DNA of 64,000 nt. Origin: Azolla caroliniana. Taxonomy: Eukaryota > Plantae > Polypodiophyta. Both the position numbers and the translations under genes were made by a program. The notes under the pieces were generated by a model. The model did no database searches, was not told where the DNA came from, and worked only from the letters and a program-made list of their open reading frames with translations. Shown here piece after piece: positions 39,299 to 51,904 of this stretch. The DNA is taken from NCBI GenBank assembly GCA_043228905.1, contig JBHGNT010000002.1, positions 28,339,210-28,403,209 on the forward strand, written 5' to 3'. Numbering within the stretch: the stretch's first letter is position 1; every line of letters starts with the position of its first letter.

Positions 39299-42200
39299 AT
39301 GGCAACGGTTAGCACTCAAGAATACCAATCCGTTTTCTCGGAGCTCCAATGCTTAAAAGAAATGTTTGTAGCACTAGAACAAGAAAATCAACGTCTAATG
39401 GGGGATTTTCAACAAGTAGCTCTAGAAAAACAACAACACGGGGAGCTGATGTTACGTGTGCAACAACTTGAAGTGACTATTGTGTCATTACAACAACTCT
39501 AAGGATCAACCACTCAAGGGACTCCCAAAGAACCCAAGATCGGTCTTCCTATTAAACTTGATGGGACCCGATCACAGTTTAGAGGATTTCTTAATCAGGT
39601 ATGTGTAATGATTCAAATGCATCCTTCTTGATATCCCACCGATGCATAACGAGTGGGGCTAGTAGGCACACTACTAAGTGGCACGGCTTTAGCATGATTC
39701 GCCCCCTTGTTAGAAAAAAAATCTCCTTTGTTAAATAATTTTGAAGAGTTTATTAGCGAGTTTAAAGCCTATTTTGGAGATACCGAATGCGTTAGGACGG
39801 GAATCAACAAAATCTGAAGATTGCGTCAAGGTGATTGGTCGGCCTTAGCTTATCTTGCGTATTTCCGTCTTCTCACCACTGATATTCCTTGGAATGACCA
39901 AGCATTAATGGAACAATTTTGTTATGACCTACGTAATGATGTCAAGGATTTACTCTTGACCTTCCCTGAAGAACCAAAGTCATTGACTGAAGCAATCAGT
40001 CGCGCGGTACGATGCAATAACCGCCTTTTTGAAAGACGTTGAGAACGTCAGTTCCAAATGCCGAGGACAAGATTGGACCCACTTACGCTTCAGTTATAGC
40101 AAAACCTTTCCCAAGGGAGTCATTTAATGCGTCTCCAACAAATACTCCCACTCCAATGGACATCGACACCACACGTTGTCGCGGACCACTATCTGAAGAG
40201 GAAAAACAACGACACCAAGCAAATCGATTATGTCTTTATTGCGGTGGATCGGGGCATATTGCAGTGAACTGTCCCCATCGGCTGAGAATACAGGTAAATC
40301 AAATATCCACTAGTACTAATAGTACTAAACATGAGTCTATTTCTCTAGGCGTGTCTGATAGTCCTAATAGCCCAAGCCTTTCAAACAAATTTGAAATCCT
40401 TAGTCAACTAGAAGAAGAGTTAAACGATTAAGTCCAACCAAAATAGGAGCCATTTGGTTGGACAACTCTAGATCTGTGCAGCCCATTAGTGGTTCCATTC
40501 CCTTTAAGCAAGTTAGCAATGTCTTCCTAGCTCAAGTAACAATTAATATTAAAAGTATCTCTCCAATACATGTCTTAGCAGTCCTAGATTTCGGAGCTAA
40601 TTCTTGCTTCATGGATAAGAATTTTGCCCAAGCTCATCAAATATCCCTAAGAAAACTCCCTTGCCTAGCCTCTGTAGTAGTCATTGATAGTCGCCCCATT
40701 GCTTCCGGAAAAATCGTAGAAGAGTCAGAGCCAATTAGTGTTGTCCTAGATAATTTGACATGTGTAGTATCATTCAATATAATTAGTAGTCTAGAACATC
40801 CCATTGTTTTGGGGTTACCATGGTTCAAGTTACACAATCTAGACATAGATTGGAGAACAAGAGAAATCTGGTATTGACAACCTCGAGAAGCTGCTCATAA
40901 GGTTTCAACCATTTCGCTACATCAACTGCGTAAAGAAGGAGGCTAGGAATCAATGTTTGTATTCGCAGTATCAATAAGACCTTCCAACACCACTAAAGAG
41001 GAATCCATAGTTAAACTTCTAGAGAAGTACCGTCATTATGCCGACGTGTTTGATAAGGTACAAACCAATACTCTTCCTCACCGTCAACCGTATGATTGTT
41101 CCATTGATTTACAACCAGGAAAAGAGCCACCATGGGGACCAAACTACAACTTATAACCAACCGAGCTAGAAGTCCTTCAAGCCTACATAGAGGAGAATTT
41201 GGCGAACGGGTTCATTCGACATTCGAAATCTCCAACCGGCGCACCCATTTTCTTTGTCAAGAAAAAGGGTGGATCACTTCGTCTCGTTGTAGATTGTCGC
41301 GGCTTAAATAAGGACACCATCAGGAATAGGTATGCACTTCCCCTTATCTCGAGTCTTTTAGAATAGGTTAATGGTGCAAAATTCTTCACAAAGATCGACT
41401 TACGATGTGCATATAACCTCGTACAGATCCGACGGGGAGATGAATGGAAAACCGCTTTTCACACCCGATACAGGCACTTAGAGTATATGGTTATGCCATT
41501 CGGTCTTACCAATGCGCCAACAGTCTTCCAGCACATGGCAAATGATATATTCCGAGATCTCTTGGATATTTATTTGATCATCTATTTGGATGATCTACTA
41601 GTTTATTCGAAGACTCAAGAAGAGCATGATTCTCATGTACTATTAGTACTAAAACGGCTTAAAGAACATGGTCTTTATGCAAAACTGGAAAAATGTAGTT
41701 TTGACTACAATCAGGTGGAATTTCTGGGCTATGTTATCTCCTCGGAAGGCATCTCCATGGATCTCGCTAAGGTCAAAACGGTGGTAGAGTGGCAAACTCC
41801 CTATTCGTTGCGAGATGTGCAATGTTTTTTAGGCTTCGCAAATTTCTACCGCAAGTTTATACAGGACTACTCAAAGCTTATTTTGCCTCTCACACAACTA
41901 ACCAAGAAGGGGCGGTCGTTCGTTTGGTCTAAGGAAGCGGACACGACTTTTGTAAGTCTTAAGAAAGCATTTACATAAGCTCCTATTCTAGCTCATATTG
42001 ATCCGAAAAAATAGTTCATCATGGAGGCAAACGCGTCGGATTTCGCCCTTGGTAGCATTCTGTCACAACAAGGTGATGATGAAAAACTACATCTTGTGGC
42101 TTTCCTCTTGTCGCAAGTTTGACGCCGCCAAAATCAACTACAAGATACATGACAAGGAGCTATTAGCAATAGTGGAATCTTTTGCACAATGGAGGCATTT

Positions 42201-44520
42201 TTTAGAGGGATCTTCTCATCAAATCACTGTACTTAGTGATCACAAAAACCTTGCCTATTTCCAGAATGCTTGTGTATTAAATCGACGACAAGCTCAGTGG
42301 GCCCAATTCCTCACTCGTTTCGACTTCAAAATTACACATTGTCCTGGGAAGTAGCAAGGGAAGGCAGATGCATTATCATGGTGCTCGTATTTAGCACCTC
42401 GTCCTGGTGATCCAACATTCGATAATCAAAAGCAAGTCATCCTGGGACCAGCACGACTACAAGCAACGTGGGTTTGTGACACTCCCTTGGATTCCCGTAT
42501 TATTGAGACCATACGTGAAGACTTGAAGACAAATGCTTTTGCTCAAGCCATTTTAATGCAAATTGATTCCTCGCGGCAACCTATTCAAAATCACAACAAC
42601 CAGGTATGGACTATCGACAATTCAAATGTCATGATGGATTACTATTCTTTAAGAAACTCTTGTATGTTCCCAATGGTTCTTGTTGCCTTCGAGTAGTCCA
42701 AAATTTTCAGGACACATATACAACTGGACATTTTGGTAATACTAAAACATTGAATTTAGTACAACGATCATTTTGGTGGCCTCATATGCGATGATTTGTC
42801 GAAGACTATGTTCAGACATGTGATACATGTTGTAGAGCAAAGATGCCAAGGCATCATACCTATGGTGTTATTCCTTGGGGTAGGACTAGCCCTAACACAT
42901 GGTGTCCCTGTAAGACACTTCACCAAAGGGTGGTGCTAGTGGGGTAGGCGTAGATCGTGATACAAACGTATTCCTAACCGGCTACTAACCAACGTGGTTA
43001 AGGATCGTAATACATGTGTAAGATAGATTCTATTAAGCACAAAACAGTAATTAACTAAAGCTTCAAAGATTAAACAAGATGTAGAACAACAACACTTTCA
43101 TTAATAGACTGCTATCTGATTAGAATCTAACTGGGTCCTTTTATAGGTCACCGGCTTTGGGTATGAACCGGTGCCAATTGACAACCAGCCACGAACCGGT
43201 CCGGATCCGGATCGACATACCGATTCCGGGTTCGTCCGTTCGCTTCTCAAAATATATCATAATTATAGGTAACAACTCCTGGTTCTAAAATAATTATCCA
43301 TTTCCCATTCTGGACTTTATCCGGCTTTTAAGTCTTTGCCAGGCTTTTAAGTCTTTGCCGGTCAACATATGGTTTATTGGAACCATTGCCACTTCCAAGC
43401 AAACCGTGGCAGTCCATTTCTCTAGATCTTATCACAGATCTTCCAGTTTCAAAGGGATTCGATGCGATCTTAACAATAGTAGATCGATATACTAAGATGG
43501 CACATTTCTTGCCTTGTACTAAGGCAATCGCTAGTGAAGAAATCGCTGAAGTTGTCATCGTGAGGTATTTCGGCACCATGGCCTCCCGGATAGTATCATC
43601 AACGACCGTGGACCTCAATTCGTCTCGAAATTCTGGAAGCATCTCTTCAAAATGCTTAAGGTCAGTTGTAATCTCTCATCCGGTTATCACCCTCAAACAG
43701 ACGAACAAGCAGAACGAACAAATCAAATGTTGGAACAATATCTTTGGTGTTTTTTAAGCTATCAACAAGATGATTGGGCGGATGGGGGCAGATATTCTCC
43801 ACTTTGCCGAATTTGTTTACAATAACTCTATCCACTCATCGACTAGGGTTACACCATTTAATGCTTATACAAGCTACCATCCTTGATGGTGTGTGCTCGA
43901 AACTCTAGAGTTACCCACAAATCCTCGTGCAGAGGATCATTTGGAGCGGCTATGCAAGATACAAGCAGATCTATCTACCCATTTACATCAAGCTCAACAA
44001 ACACAGAAGGCTTATGGGGATTGTCATCGACTTCCATCCTGTTTTGACATTGGAAATCAGGTATGGCTATTACGACAACATATCAAGACTACTCGACCAT
44101 GCGATAAATTGGATTATCGACGATTAGGTCCTTTTTGTATTATCGAAAAAATTAATGATGTCACTTTTCGTCTTGATCTACCTCCACAACTACGGATACA
44201 TCCGTTTTTTCATAGTTCTCTCCTTGAACCCGATCAAGGCAACACTATCCCGAATTGTATTACACCACCTCCACCCTCAATCGAGCTTGAAGCTGGACCA
44301 GAGTACGAAGTTGTTGCCATCCTCAATTCCAAGATTGTTCGCAACAAGCTCTACTATTTGGTCGATTGGTTAGGCTATAGTCCAAGAGAGCGTACTTGGG
44401 AACCAGTCGAGAATATAGTAAATGCTTGAGCTCTTATTGAGGACTTCCATCGGCAATATCCCGACAAGCCAAGTCCTCCATCTAAGACAACTCGTAACAC
44501 TTGTCGTCTTAAACGGGGGT
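39299..44520 (+). pseudogene. Chromovirus gag and pol with premature stops
   Basis: PTPMDID and CLYCGGSGHIAVNC (gag); LDFGANSCF (protease); MPFGLTNAP and YLDD (RT); NYKIHDKELLAIV (RNase H); [14 protein letters not shown] (IN); EYEVVAIL...YYLVDWLGY...TWEP (chromodomain). Confidence 0.93.
42866..43367 (-). mobile_element. Solo LTR inserted in the chromovirus integrase
   Basis: 502 bp, tgtt...aaca ends, perfect TSD tatgg; TATA-like ctataaaagg on minus; integrase reading resumes after it. Confidence 0.88.
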
Positions 44521-44522
44521 AG

Positions 44523-44837
44523 TGTCATGATATAGCATGGTATGGCTTCAAAAAGATTCAAACCCATGACCTTGTGTCACGTGGGTTGAAGCATTACCAT
44601 TACCCTATACATTGTAATACGAAGAATATTATTTCCATTTATTATTTCACTTAAGAAATCCATGTATATTCTAGATTTCTCTGGAACATTCTAGAAATAT
44701 CAAGAGTACTCCTAAGTATACTATAAAAAGAGGCACATGACATTATTAAGAACCAATTTGGTTCAACGCCAGTCTTAAGCCTCCTAGTTATTCTTGTATA
44801 TTCTCTTCATATAATATAATATATCGTTTGTTATCAT

Positions 44838-44878
<41 letters not shown>

Positions 44879-45041
44879 CCAAGAGTTCTACACCTTTTTC
44901 CCTCTTAGTACTAATCCTCATCTCTAGTACTAATTCCCTCTTTGTTTTAGTACTATTCCTGACAATATATCTTTTCCCCTCTTAGTACTAATCCTCATCT
45001 CTAGTACTAATTCCCTCTCTGTCTTAGTACTATTCCTGTCA
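44523..45041 (+). repeat. 3' LTR of chromovirus
   Basis: Copy of 38734-39227 with a longer (CT)n tract. Confidence 0.93.
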
Positions 45042-45639
45042 CTTTCCTTTCAACAATCATGGTCAGATTTGCCCTTGGGGGACTATGTAGATGGCGTGCC
45101 AAAGTGTTGTTACACCACACCAAAATGGTTATATTTGCCCTAGCAGCCCAACCAGGAAGTTACATGGTATTTTTTTGAAATTTTGCAGGTGATAGGATGA
45201 TAAACGCATATTGGGGCACTGTGGTAGATAGAAATGTTGAATGTCTATGATTACATTTCAAGGCACATGTTGGAGTGTAAAGGCACTCTACCTAAATAAT
45301 GGAAAATGCCTTTCTCTTTAAAAACAATTTATGCTTTTGATATCCCTGATGATTTTATAACAACTAAAAACTCTAAAATGACTCTTGAAGCCCCGAAATC
45401 AAACATGTTATAAGTTTGTGTTGAGTATAAGTTAATACCTTGGTTACATAGATTGACCCATGCGTGATATTCTCCATTCGTAATATTCGAGAATAGAAAA
45501 TGGCCCCAAGAATATTATAAAACCATTCATTTACATATACATATAGACACATAAATATATACATATACAGTGTACATATATATATTATGATATATGTATA
45601 CACACATATCATATACATGCATTGTTACACTATACACAT

Positions 45640-46305
45640 ATCTGTATATATATACACATAAATATATGAATTAATCAAGAGATTGGGGATGAGACCAAAC
45701 TAGCATTGGCACCAAGAAATCGTTGAAGAAATCATTGAGATGAGGAGAGAATTACTGAATTTCAGCCAAACCATAATTTATATATGTGTATATATACACA
45801 CATACATATATGAATTAATCAAGAGATTGGGAATGAGACCAAACTAGCATTGGCACCAAGAAATCGTTGAGATGAGGAGAGAATTACTGAATTTCAGCCA
45901 AACCATAATTTATATATGTATGAATTAATCAAGAGATTGAAAATGAGAACCATGTAGCATTGGGACGAAGAAATCATTGAAGATTGGATAAAGAAGAAAT
46001 CATTGTCAAGATGAGAAGAGAGAATTATCGAATTTGAGCCAAACCCTAATTTCAGGGAACAAGATGGGGGAGAGGAGACAAGTATGTAGCGTCACACAGG
46101 AGGAGGCGAGGACGTAGCCGAACCCTAATTTTCAGGGAAGAAGATGCAAGAGGAGGCAAGTATGTAGGCGTCACATAGGGAGGGGGCAAGGATGTAGCGA
46201 AACCCTAATTTTCAGGGAACAAGATGCAGGAGGAGGCAAGTATATAGGTGTCGCATAGGAGGCGAGCGGGATGTAACCAAACCCTAATTTTTAGGGAACA
46301 GGATG
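45640..46305. repeat. Compound tandem array: three ~110-150-bp units, then about 3.5 ~80-bp units
   Basis: Unit 1: tatgaattaatcaagagattgg...aatttcagccaaacc. Unit 2: aaccctaattttcagggaacaagatg...gatgtagc. Confidence 0.85.
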
Positions 46306-46952
46306 TTGGCTGTTTGAGCTATTCATGTTCCATGTTCCATGTTCCCTGCAGGTCATTTCCTATTCGCTCCCTGTTCGCTGCTCACTGAATACATTTTTTT
46401 AGAAGTTAATAACAAAAAGGAATTTTTTTGAAAGACCCATGAGGTTCATTTAATAGCCAACCATTGTATTTAGACACTTCAATGCTCAGAATATCACACA
46501 AAGGCTCTTGGTTTTTGCAAGTTGTAAGTCCTATATGTAGTACATAAATTAAAGTACTCGTAATTGAGCCCTTCAATGCACTTATTATAATGTTGGTGTT
46601 TGTAGTAAGTACCCACTTGGAAATATTTGAGCTTGGTAATTTCAAGGGCGATACACCGACATATTTCAATTTCAAATTCAGGTTCTCTCCGATTCGATTA
46701 TCAATAACTCAATACCATAAATATATATACATATAGTCATATAAAATATTCATTGTAAAGTGTACATTTAAGACATGTTTTGTTTCATATTTTGTTATTG
46801 AGTTTGTTGAACTTTGTAAATATATATAGTCACACAAAATATTCATTGTAAGGTGTACATATAATCATAGAATGTAATGTAAGGAAGTGAGAGGCACATG
46901 AACAGAAATAAGGAGAGTTCCAACTGCTTTGTAATAGATAATAAGTTGGGAA

Positions 46953-47423
46953 TAACAATCGACAACAGTTCGGTTTGAGAGGGTCCAAATCGAACCAAAC
47001 TATGAAACCGTAAAACCGAACCGTAAAACAATTTTCAAACCGTTAAACCATTAAACCGTAAAAACTACGGTTTCGTGGTTCGGTTCCGGTTTTCAACATA
47101 GGTCCAAATTTTAATTTTTAATTTTTTAAAATTTATAATATTTCATTATTTAAAATTTTAATTTTTTAAAGATGTTACTAAAATGTGAGAATAATTCTAA
47201 AAATGAAAAGATTGTTTAAAAACAAATTTTAATTTTTTTTAAAATTTTTAAAAAATAAAATAAAAAATCGTTAAACCACGGTTTTTGTTGTTAAAACAGA
47301 ACCTAAACTGAACTGAACCATTTTTTAAAACCTAAACCTGAACCGAACTGTTGAAACTGTTAAGCCGTTAAGCCATAGTTTCGCGGTTCGGTTCGGTTCA
47401 AACCGAACCATTGATGATTGTTA
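46953..47423. mobile_element. hAT-type MITE
   Basis: 8-bp TSD gttgggaa on both sides; ~26-bp imperfect TIRs taacaatc...ttcggtttga; subterminal aaccg repeats; AT-rich core. Confidence 0.85.
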
Positions 47424-47493
47424 GTTGGGAATACATACTAGAATATAACTAAAGGATTTAAGTGCTATAGCAACTAGAGCATAATACTACCCT

Positions 47494-47694
47494 CAGGGTT
47501 AACTGGTTTGGCCAAACCGTTTAAGCCTTAACCAGTTTGGCCCTACGCGGTTCAGTTCGGCTTGAGCATTGCCAAACCAAGCCTAAAGCGTTTAAGGAGG
47601 CTCAAGCTTGAATTGAACCAAATAGACCTGCCAACCCGTTTATAAATGGTCTAATGGCTCAGTTCAAGCTTGAGTTGAGCTGTTGCCGACCCTT
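47494..47694. mobile_element. Possible MITE remnant
   Basis: Many aacc/ggtt motifs and aggg...ccct ends; no convincing TSD. Confidence 0.3.
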
Positions 47695-48410
47695 AATGGT
47701 CACATTTGTATTCATGCCAAATAGGGTTGGCCAACATTGTACCTCCTTAGTGTAGATTTTCTAGCAAATCTCTTGGGAATGGCTCCCTCTCTTTTCTTAC
47801 CAGTTGAAACGCAAATCAATCCTAGTAAAAATATCAATCATCGTGGCATCAATTTGAGGTGGGTGTGAAATCATTCGTAGGAGTTCCAAATATTTGGAAA
47901 CCCTAAAGACCACTTCTCGGTTCATTTGCAACACTAACGAGGATTGCAAAGTAACATGAAAAATTGAAAATCCTAGGGATTATAATATCATCACACTTCC
48001 ATGTCAATACAATGCAAAGAGTGATTGGAAAACAAGTCTAAACTTGTAAAAGAGGATATGCTATTGAGTTCTCTAGCATTTTGTAACTTTTTCTGTAAAA
48101 AGTAATACATTAACTTGACAAAATAGTCTTTTGAAGGAAAGGAACATGATCCATCATTAGGCAATGTTTGGTTGACTAAAAGTCTAATCATCAAATAAGT
48201 CATTCATATTTCACCAACAAAAGGTTAGTGAAAAATGTTGAGATTATGGGTGTTTTTTATTAGAGTATATATAGGGATATAATGTGTGGATAAGCTAATT
48301 GGGCTAGAAATGGTTGTAAGCACAAATGAATTGTGAAGCTAGATTGCATAACGGCAATTACATTTTTCTAATACTTGAAACAAAATTTCCTTAAAAAAGT
48401 ATACGAAATC

Positions 48411-50690
48411 TGTTGAGAGTCGAAATCAACTTCCCATAATAGTAATAGGTTTCACACTAGCTCATGGTCATACTAGGCTAGTTTTGTAAATAGTGAAAAG
48501 GGCACTTGCCCTAGTTTAGTTGGTATTTAAACCAACCCCTTGTAACTTAGTTATTGTTGGAAGTATTTTTGGTTAATGTAATATACAATCTTTTATCTCT
48601 GTCTTAAGCTCTCTCTCTCTCTCTCTTTGTCTTACGTGCATTACACCACTAGCTCCATTTATTTACATGGTATCAGAGTGTGTGGTTGCTTAATTGAATC
48701 TATTAAACTGTGTTGTGGTACACGCCGACGATCAACAGAGAAGAAATCAACATAATGAACACTCAGATGGGAAGCGCTCTTCCTACTGAGAAGCTTAACA
48801 GAACGAACTTTGCATCTTGGGAATGCAAGATGCATCAATACCTTGTCAGACAAGGTTACTGGAGTTACATTGAAGGAGCTCACGAAACTCAACCCAACCC
48901 AACACACGCCGACTATCCTGTTTGGGAGCAAGCCGCAAGCCGCGTGTTGTATTGCCTTGCATCATGCGTTCATGATCATATGCTTGGCTATATTCGAGAT
49001 TTGAAAACACTAAAAGAAGCTTGGAGAAACCTCAAGAAGATTTTTGCGGCTAACACAGCTTCACGAAAGCTCTAACTTCAATAGGAGCTAAACAACATGC
49101 AATAGAAGGACATGTTGATCACATGTTATACCTTAAAGATCAAGGAGTTGTGCGATGCCCTCGATTCGATTAATGTCATAATCGACGATGACAAGATGGT
49201 GCAAATATGCCTCGGAGGCTTAGCACCCCGATTTGGCTCGATTAGATCGGCCATCCTTGCAAGGGAGAACCCTCCTTCATTTTTCGATCTCCAATCAATA
49301 TTGTTGGTTGAGGAAAGTCACTCCTGACAAAGGAGTAACGCACCAGAGGGTCATATGCTCTACTCCCAGTCAGATGATAGAAGAAATTTCGGCCGTAAAT
49401 AGAGGTCGATTCAAACAAGCTGTAATGGTCGACAGACTCGAGAGCGTAACTCCCACCAATGGCAAGCGGACAGGAACGGTCCCAGAGAGTTCGGAAGAAG
49501 GGGGAGTCATCATGCTGGACCAAGCAATCGTAATACCCCGATCGACTGCGAGTACTGTGGAAAACATGGCCACTACGAAGAGGAGTGTCAGAAAAAGGTA
49601 TGAGACTCAGCTTCAACTAGCCGACAAATCATGAATTACGCATCGAATTCCGACTATGACAATCGTTACGAAATGTTTATAAATTACGCCACAAATTCCA
49701 ACTACGGAGATTGTGGCGGAATGTTCGTAATGAGGCATGAAGCACACTCAATGTCAGCACAGGCCTCAACGAGTGCCTCCGCCTCAAATAACGTATGGTT
49801 TGTTGACTTGGGAGCATCCAACCACATGACGTCTCATGAAGATTGGTTTCGGGAATTACGAAAACCTGAACGACCCGGATATGTCGAGACCGGCGATGAC
49901 ACGACTCATCCAATACAACATATCGGGAACGTCCCATTCGGAAACAATGGCAAACAAACCTATCTCAAGAACGCAATGCATGTCCCTACCATCACGAAAA
50001 ACTTGGTCTCGGTCGGCCAGATTGTCGAACAAGGAATGCAGGTACGATTCAACAATGATGGATGTTTTATCGAAAGAGGAGATCAAGTCGTAGCTGACGA
50101 CCGTTGTGAAGGCCGTATGTTTGTCCTCGAATCGAATGAGGTAAAAACAACTTGGAAGGAGTCGACCTTTTATGCCAACAGCCTTAGGGGTTGACAAGCT
50201 CGGGCAATTCACATCAGACCTTGGTCTCACAACATCCACATTGCCGAGCTTGAGGGGGAGTATGACATGTACGTAACACAGAACGATACACCACATGCAA
50301 CGATACGTGAGTATGCAACACGTAGTTAATCAAACCGAGCACGAAGCCGAAAAGCCGAACAATCCAATTTGAGGATTACAAACGCCAGAAGCTGAATTCC
50401 GAAAACCAAACTGAAACAACCTTTCGACAGATGGAAGTTGTGTTCGAAGGGGCGTGTTGAGAGTCGAACTCAACTTCCCATAATAGTAATAGGTTTCACA
50501 CTAGCTCATGGTCATACCAGGCTAGTTTTTTAAATAGTAGAAAGGGCACTTGCCCTAGTTTAGTTGGTATTTAAACCAACCCCTTGTAACTTAGTTGATG
50601 TTGGAAGTATTTTTGGTTAATGTAATATACGGACTTTTATCTCTCTCTTAAGCTCTCTCTCTCTCTCTCTCTCTCTGTTTGTCTTATGTG

Positions 50691-50731
<41 letters not shown>

Positions 50732-50777
50732 TCAATTATCTTCCACTACATTACACTACCAGCTCCATTTATTTACA
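48411..50777 (+). mobile_element. Internally deleted copia element (TR-GAG-like)
   Basis: LTRs 48411-48667 and 50455-50777; PBS tggtatcagag; TSD aaatc/aaaac (4/5 match). Gag, protease (WFVDLGASNHM) and pre-integrase region present, then a jump to the pol C-terminus near 50147; IN and RT absent. Confidence 0.9.
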
Positions 50778-51049
50778 AAAACATTTTTTTTTTGTCCAAA
50801 AAGAAGCTACTTTCCCATTAGTTAGGAGCTCAGATTATTGTAGAAAGACTATACAACCTTCTAACTGAGTTCAAGACTATGAGACTACGTACATATCCTT
50901 TCAAACTGACTACTTAATATAAGTAGGTAGGTATAGCTATAAACTAGTGCCCTTCATCACTGGCCAGTACGAGTTGGATCCTGTGGCCTACAAGGAACAG
51001 AGGGTGGGTGGTGGGTAGGAAACAACCAGCGTGGGGGCTGGTAGTTTCC

Positions 51050-51760
51050 CCTCGGGCCGTTTCTTCCTTACATACCACAGGGTGAAGCGTATGATCAACA
51101 TCCAAGTCTCCTGGAACTAAAGGGGATGTAGTCCTCCAGCCTCTCTCAAATCGGGTCTTGACATGTTTACCTCTTGTGCATTCGTAGCCCCAACTGTCTC
51201 CATGGATGGTGTCTGTCTAGCTATCAACCAAGAGATTGATCCAAGCGGCTGCACCCACAATGTTGTTCCTTCCACTTCGCAGGTAGCTAGGAGGCGAGTC
51301 ACTTTGTTCCATACCCTTTGAGCTTGAGGGCAATCCCACAAATAGTGTCTCATAGTCTCAATAAGTGAAGAACAAAGTGGGCAAGCTATCGGGCCGCCAC
51401 GTTTACCTAGCCATTCGTTATGGTTAATCTGCCACCAAAATAGCTTGATCTTCTCAGGCACGTGGAGACGCTAAAGACCCTTCCAAAAGGTATTGAGCAC
51501 CTCGTTAGGGATGCCTAATGTTCATCAGCCATTGCGTAAGGAACCGTCCAACTCTAGTTGTATAGCCCGGCCCAATTTAGTGCTATAATCGAAGAAGTGG
51601 TGTAGTTTGCCACCGTGTTTCCACATGAAATCCGCTGGGTCTTATTCTAGTTCCACGAGGGGGTGACAACCGTAGAACTTCCAGTGGGGTTGCACCTTAG
51701 CAACATCATGGTCCGTCTTCCAGTTATTTACTAGCCTACGCCACCACTTGGATTGGGTGC
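51050..51760 (-). mobile_element. L1-type LINE 3' fragment (zf-RVT)
   Basis: PEKIKLFWW...CPLCSSLIETMRHYLWDCPQAQRVW matches the zf-RVT pattern; boundaries approximate. Confidence 0.75.
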
Positions 51761-51904
51761 CAACATTCCATTTTATACATTATTTGGTATACATGTCGAT
51801 GGAAACAACAATAATGGTAATTGATGTGCATTTTATATCACATATCAATCAAAGTGACAAGAAGAAAAGTATTTATTCCTTGCAACCCCCTAACTAACCC
51901 TCAT

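Larger units (their letters stand above)
38734..45041 (+). mobile_element. Ty3/gypsy chromovirus (Tcn1/sushi-like), full length but degenerate
   Basis: Perfect TSD ctttc (38729-38733, 45042-45046); LTRs 38734-39227 and 44523-45041; PPT aaacgggggtag; order gag-PR-RT-RH-IN-chromodomain. Confidence 0.96.

Noticed and set aside
45640-46305. CRISPR-like array
   Set aside because: Whole units are homologous with no unique spacers; eukaryotic context with no cas genes.
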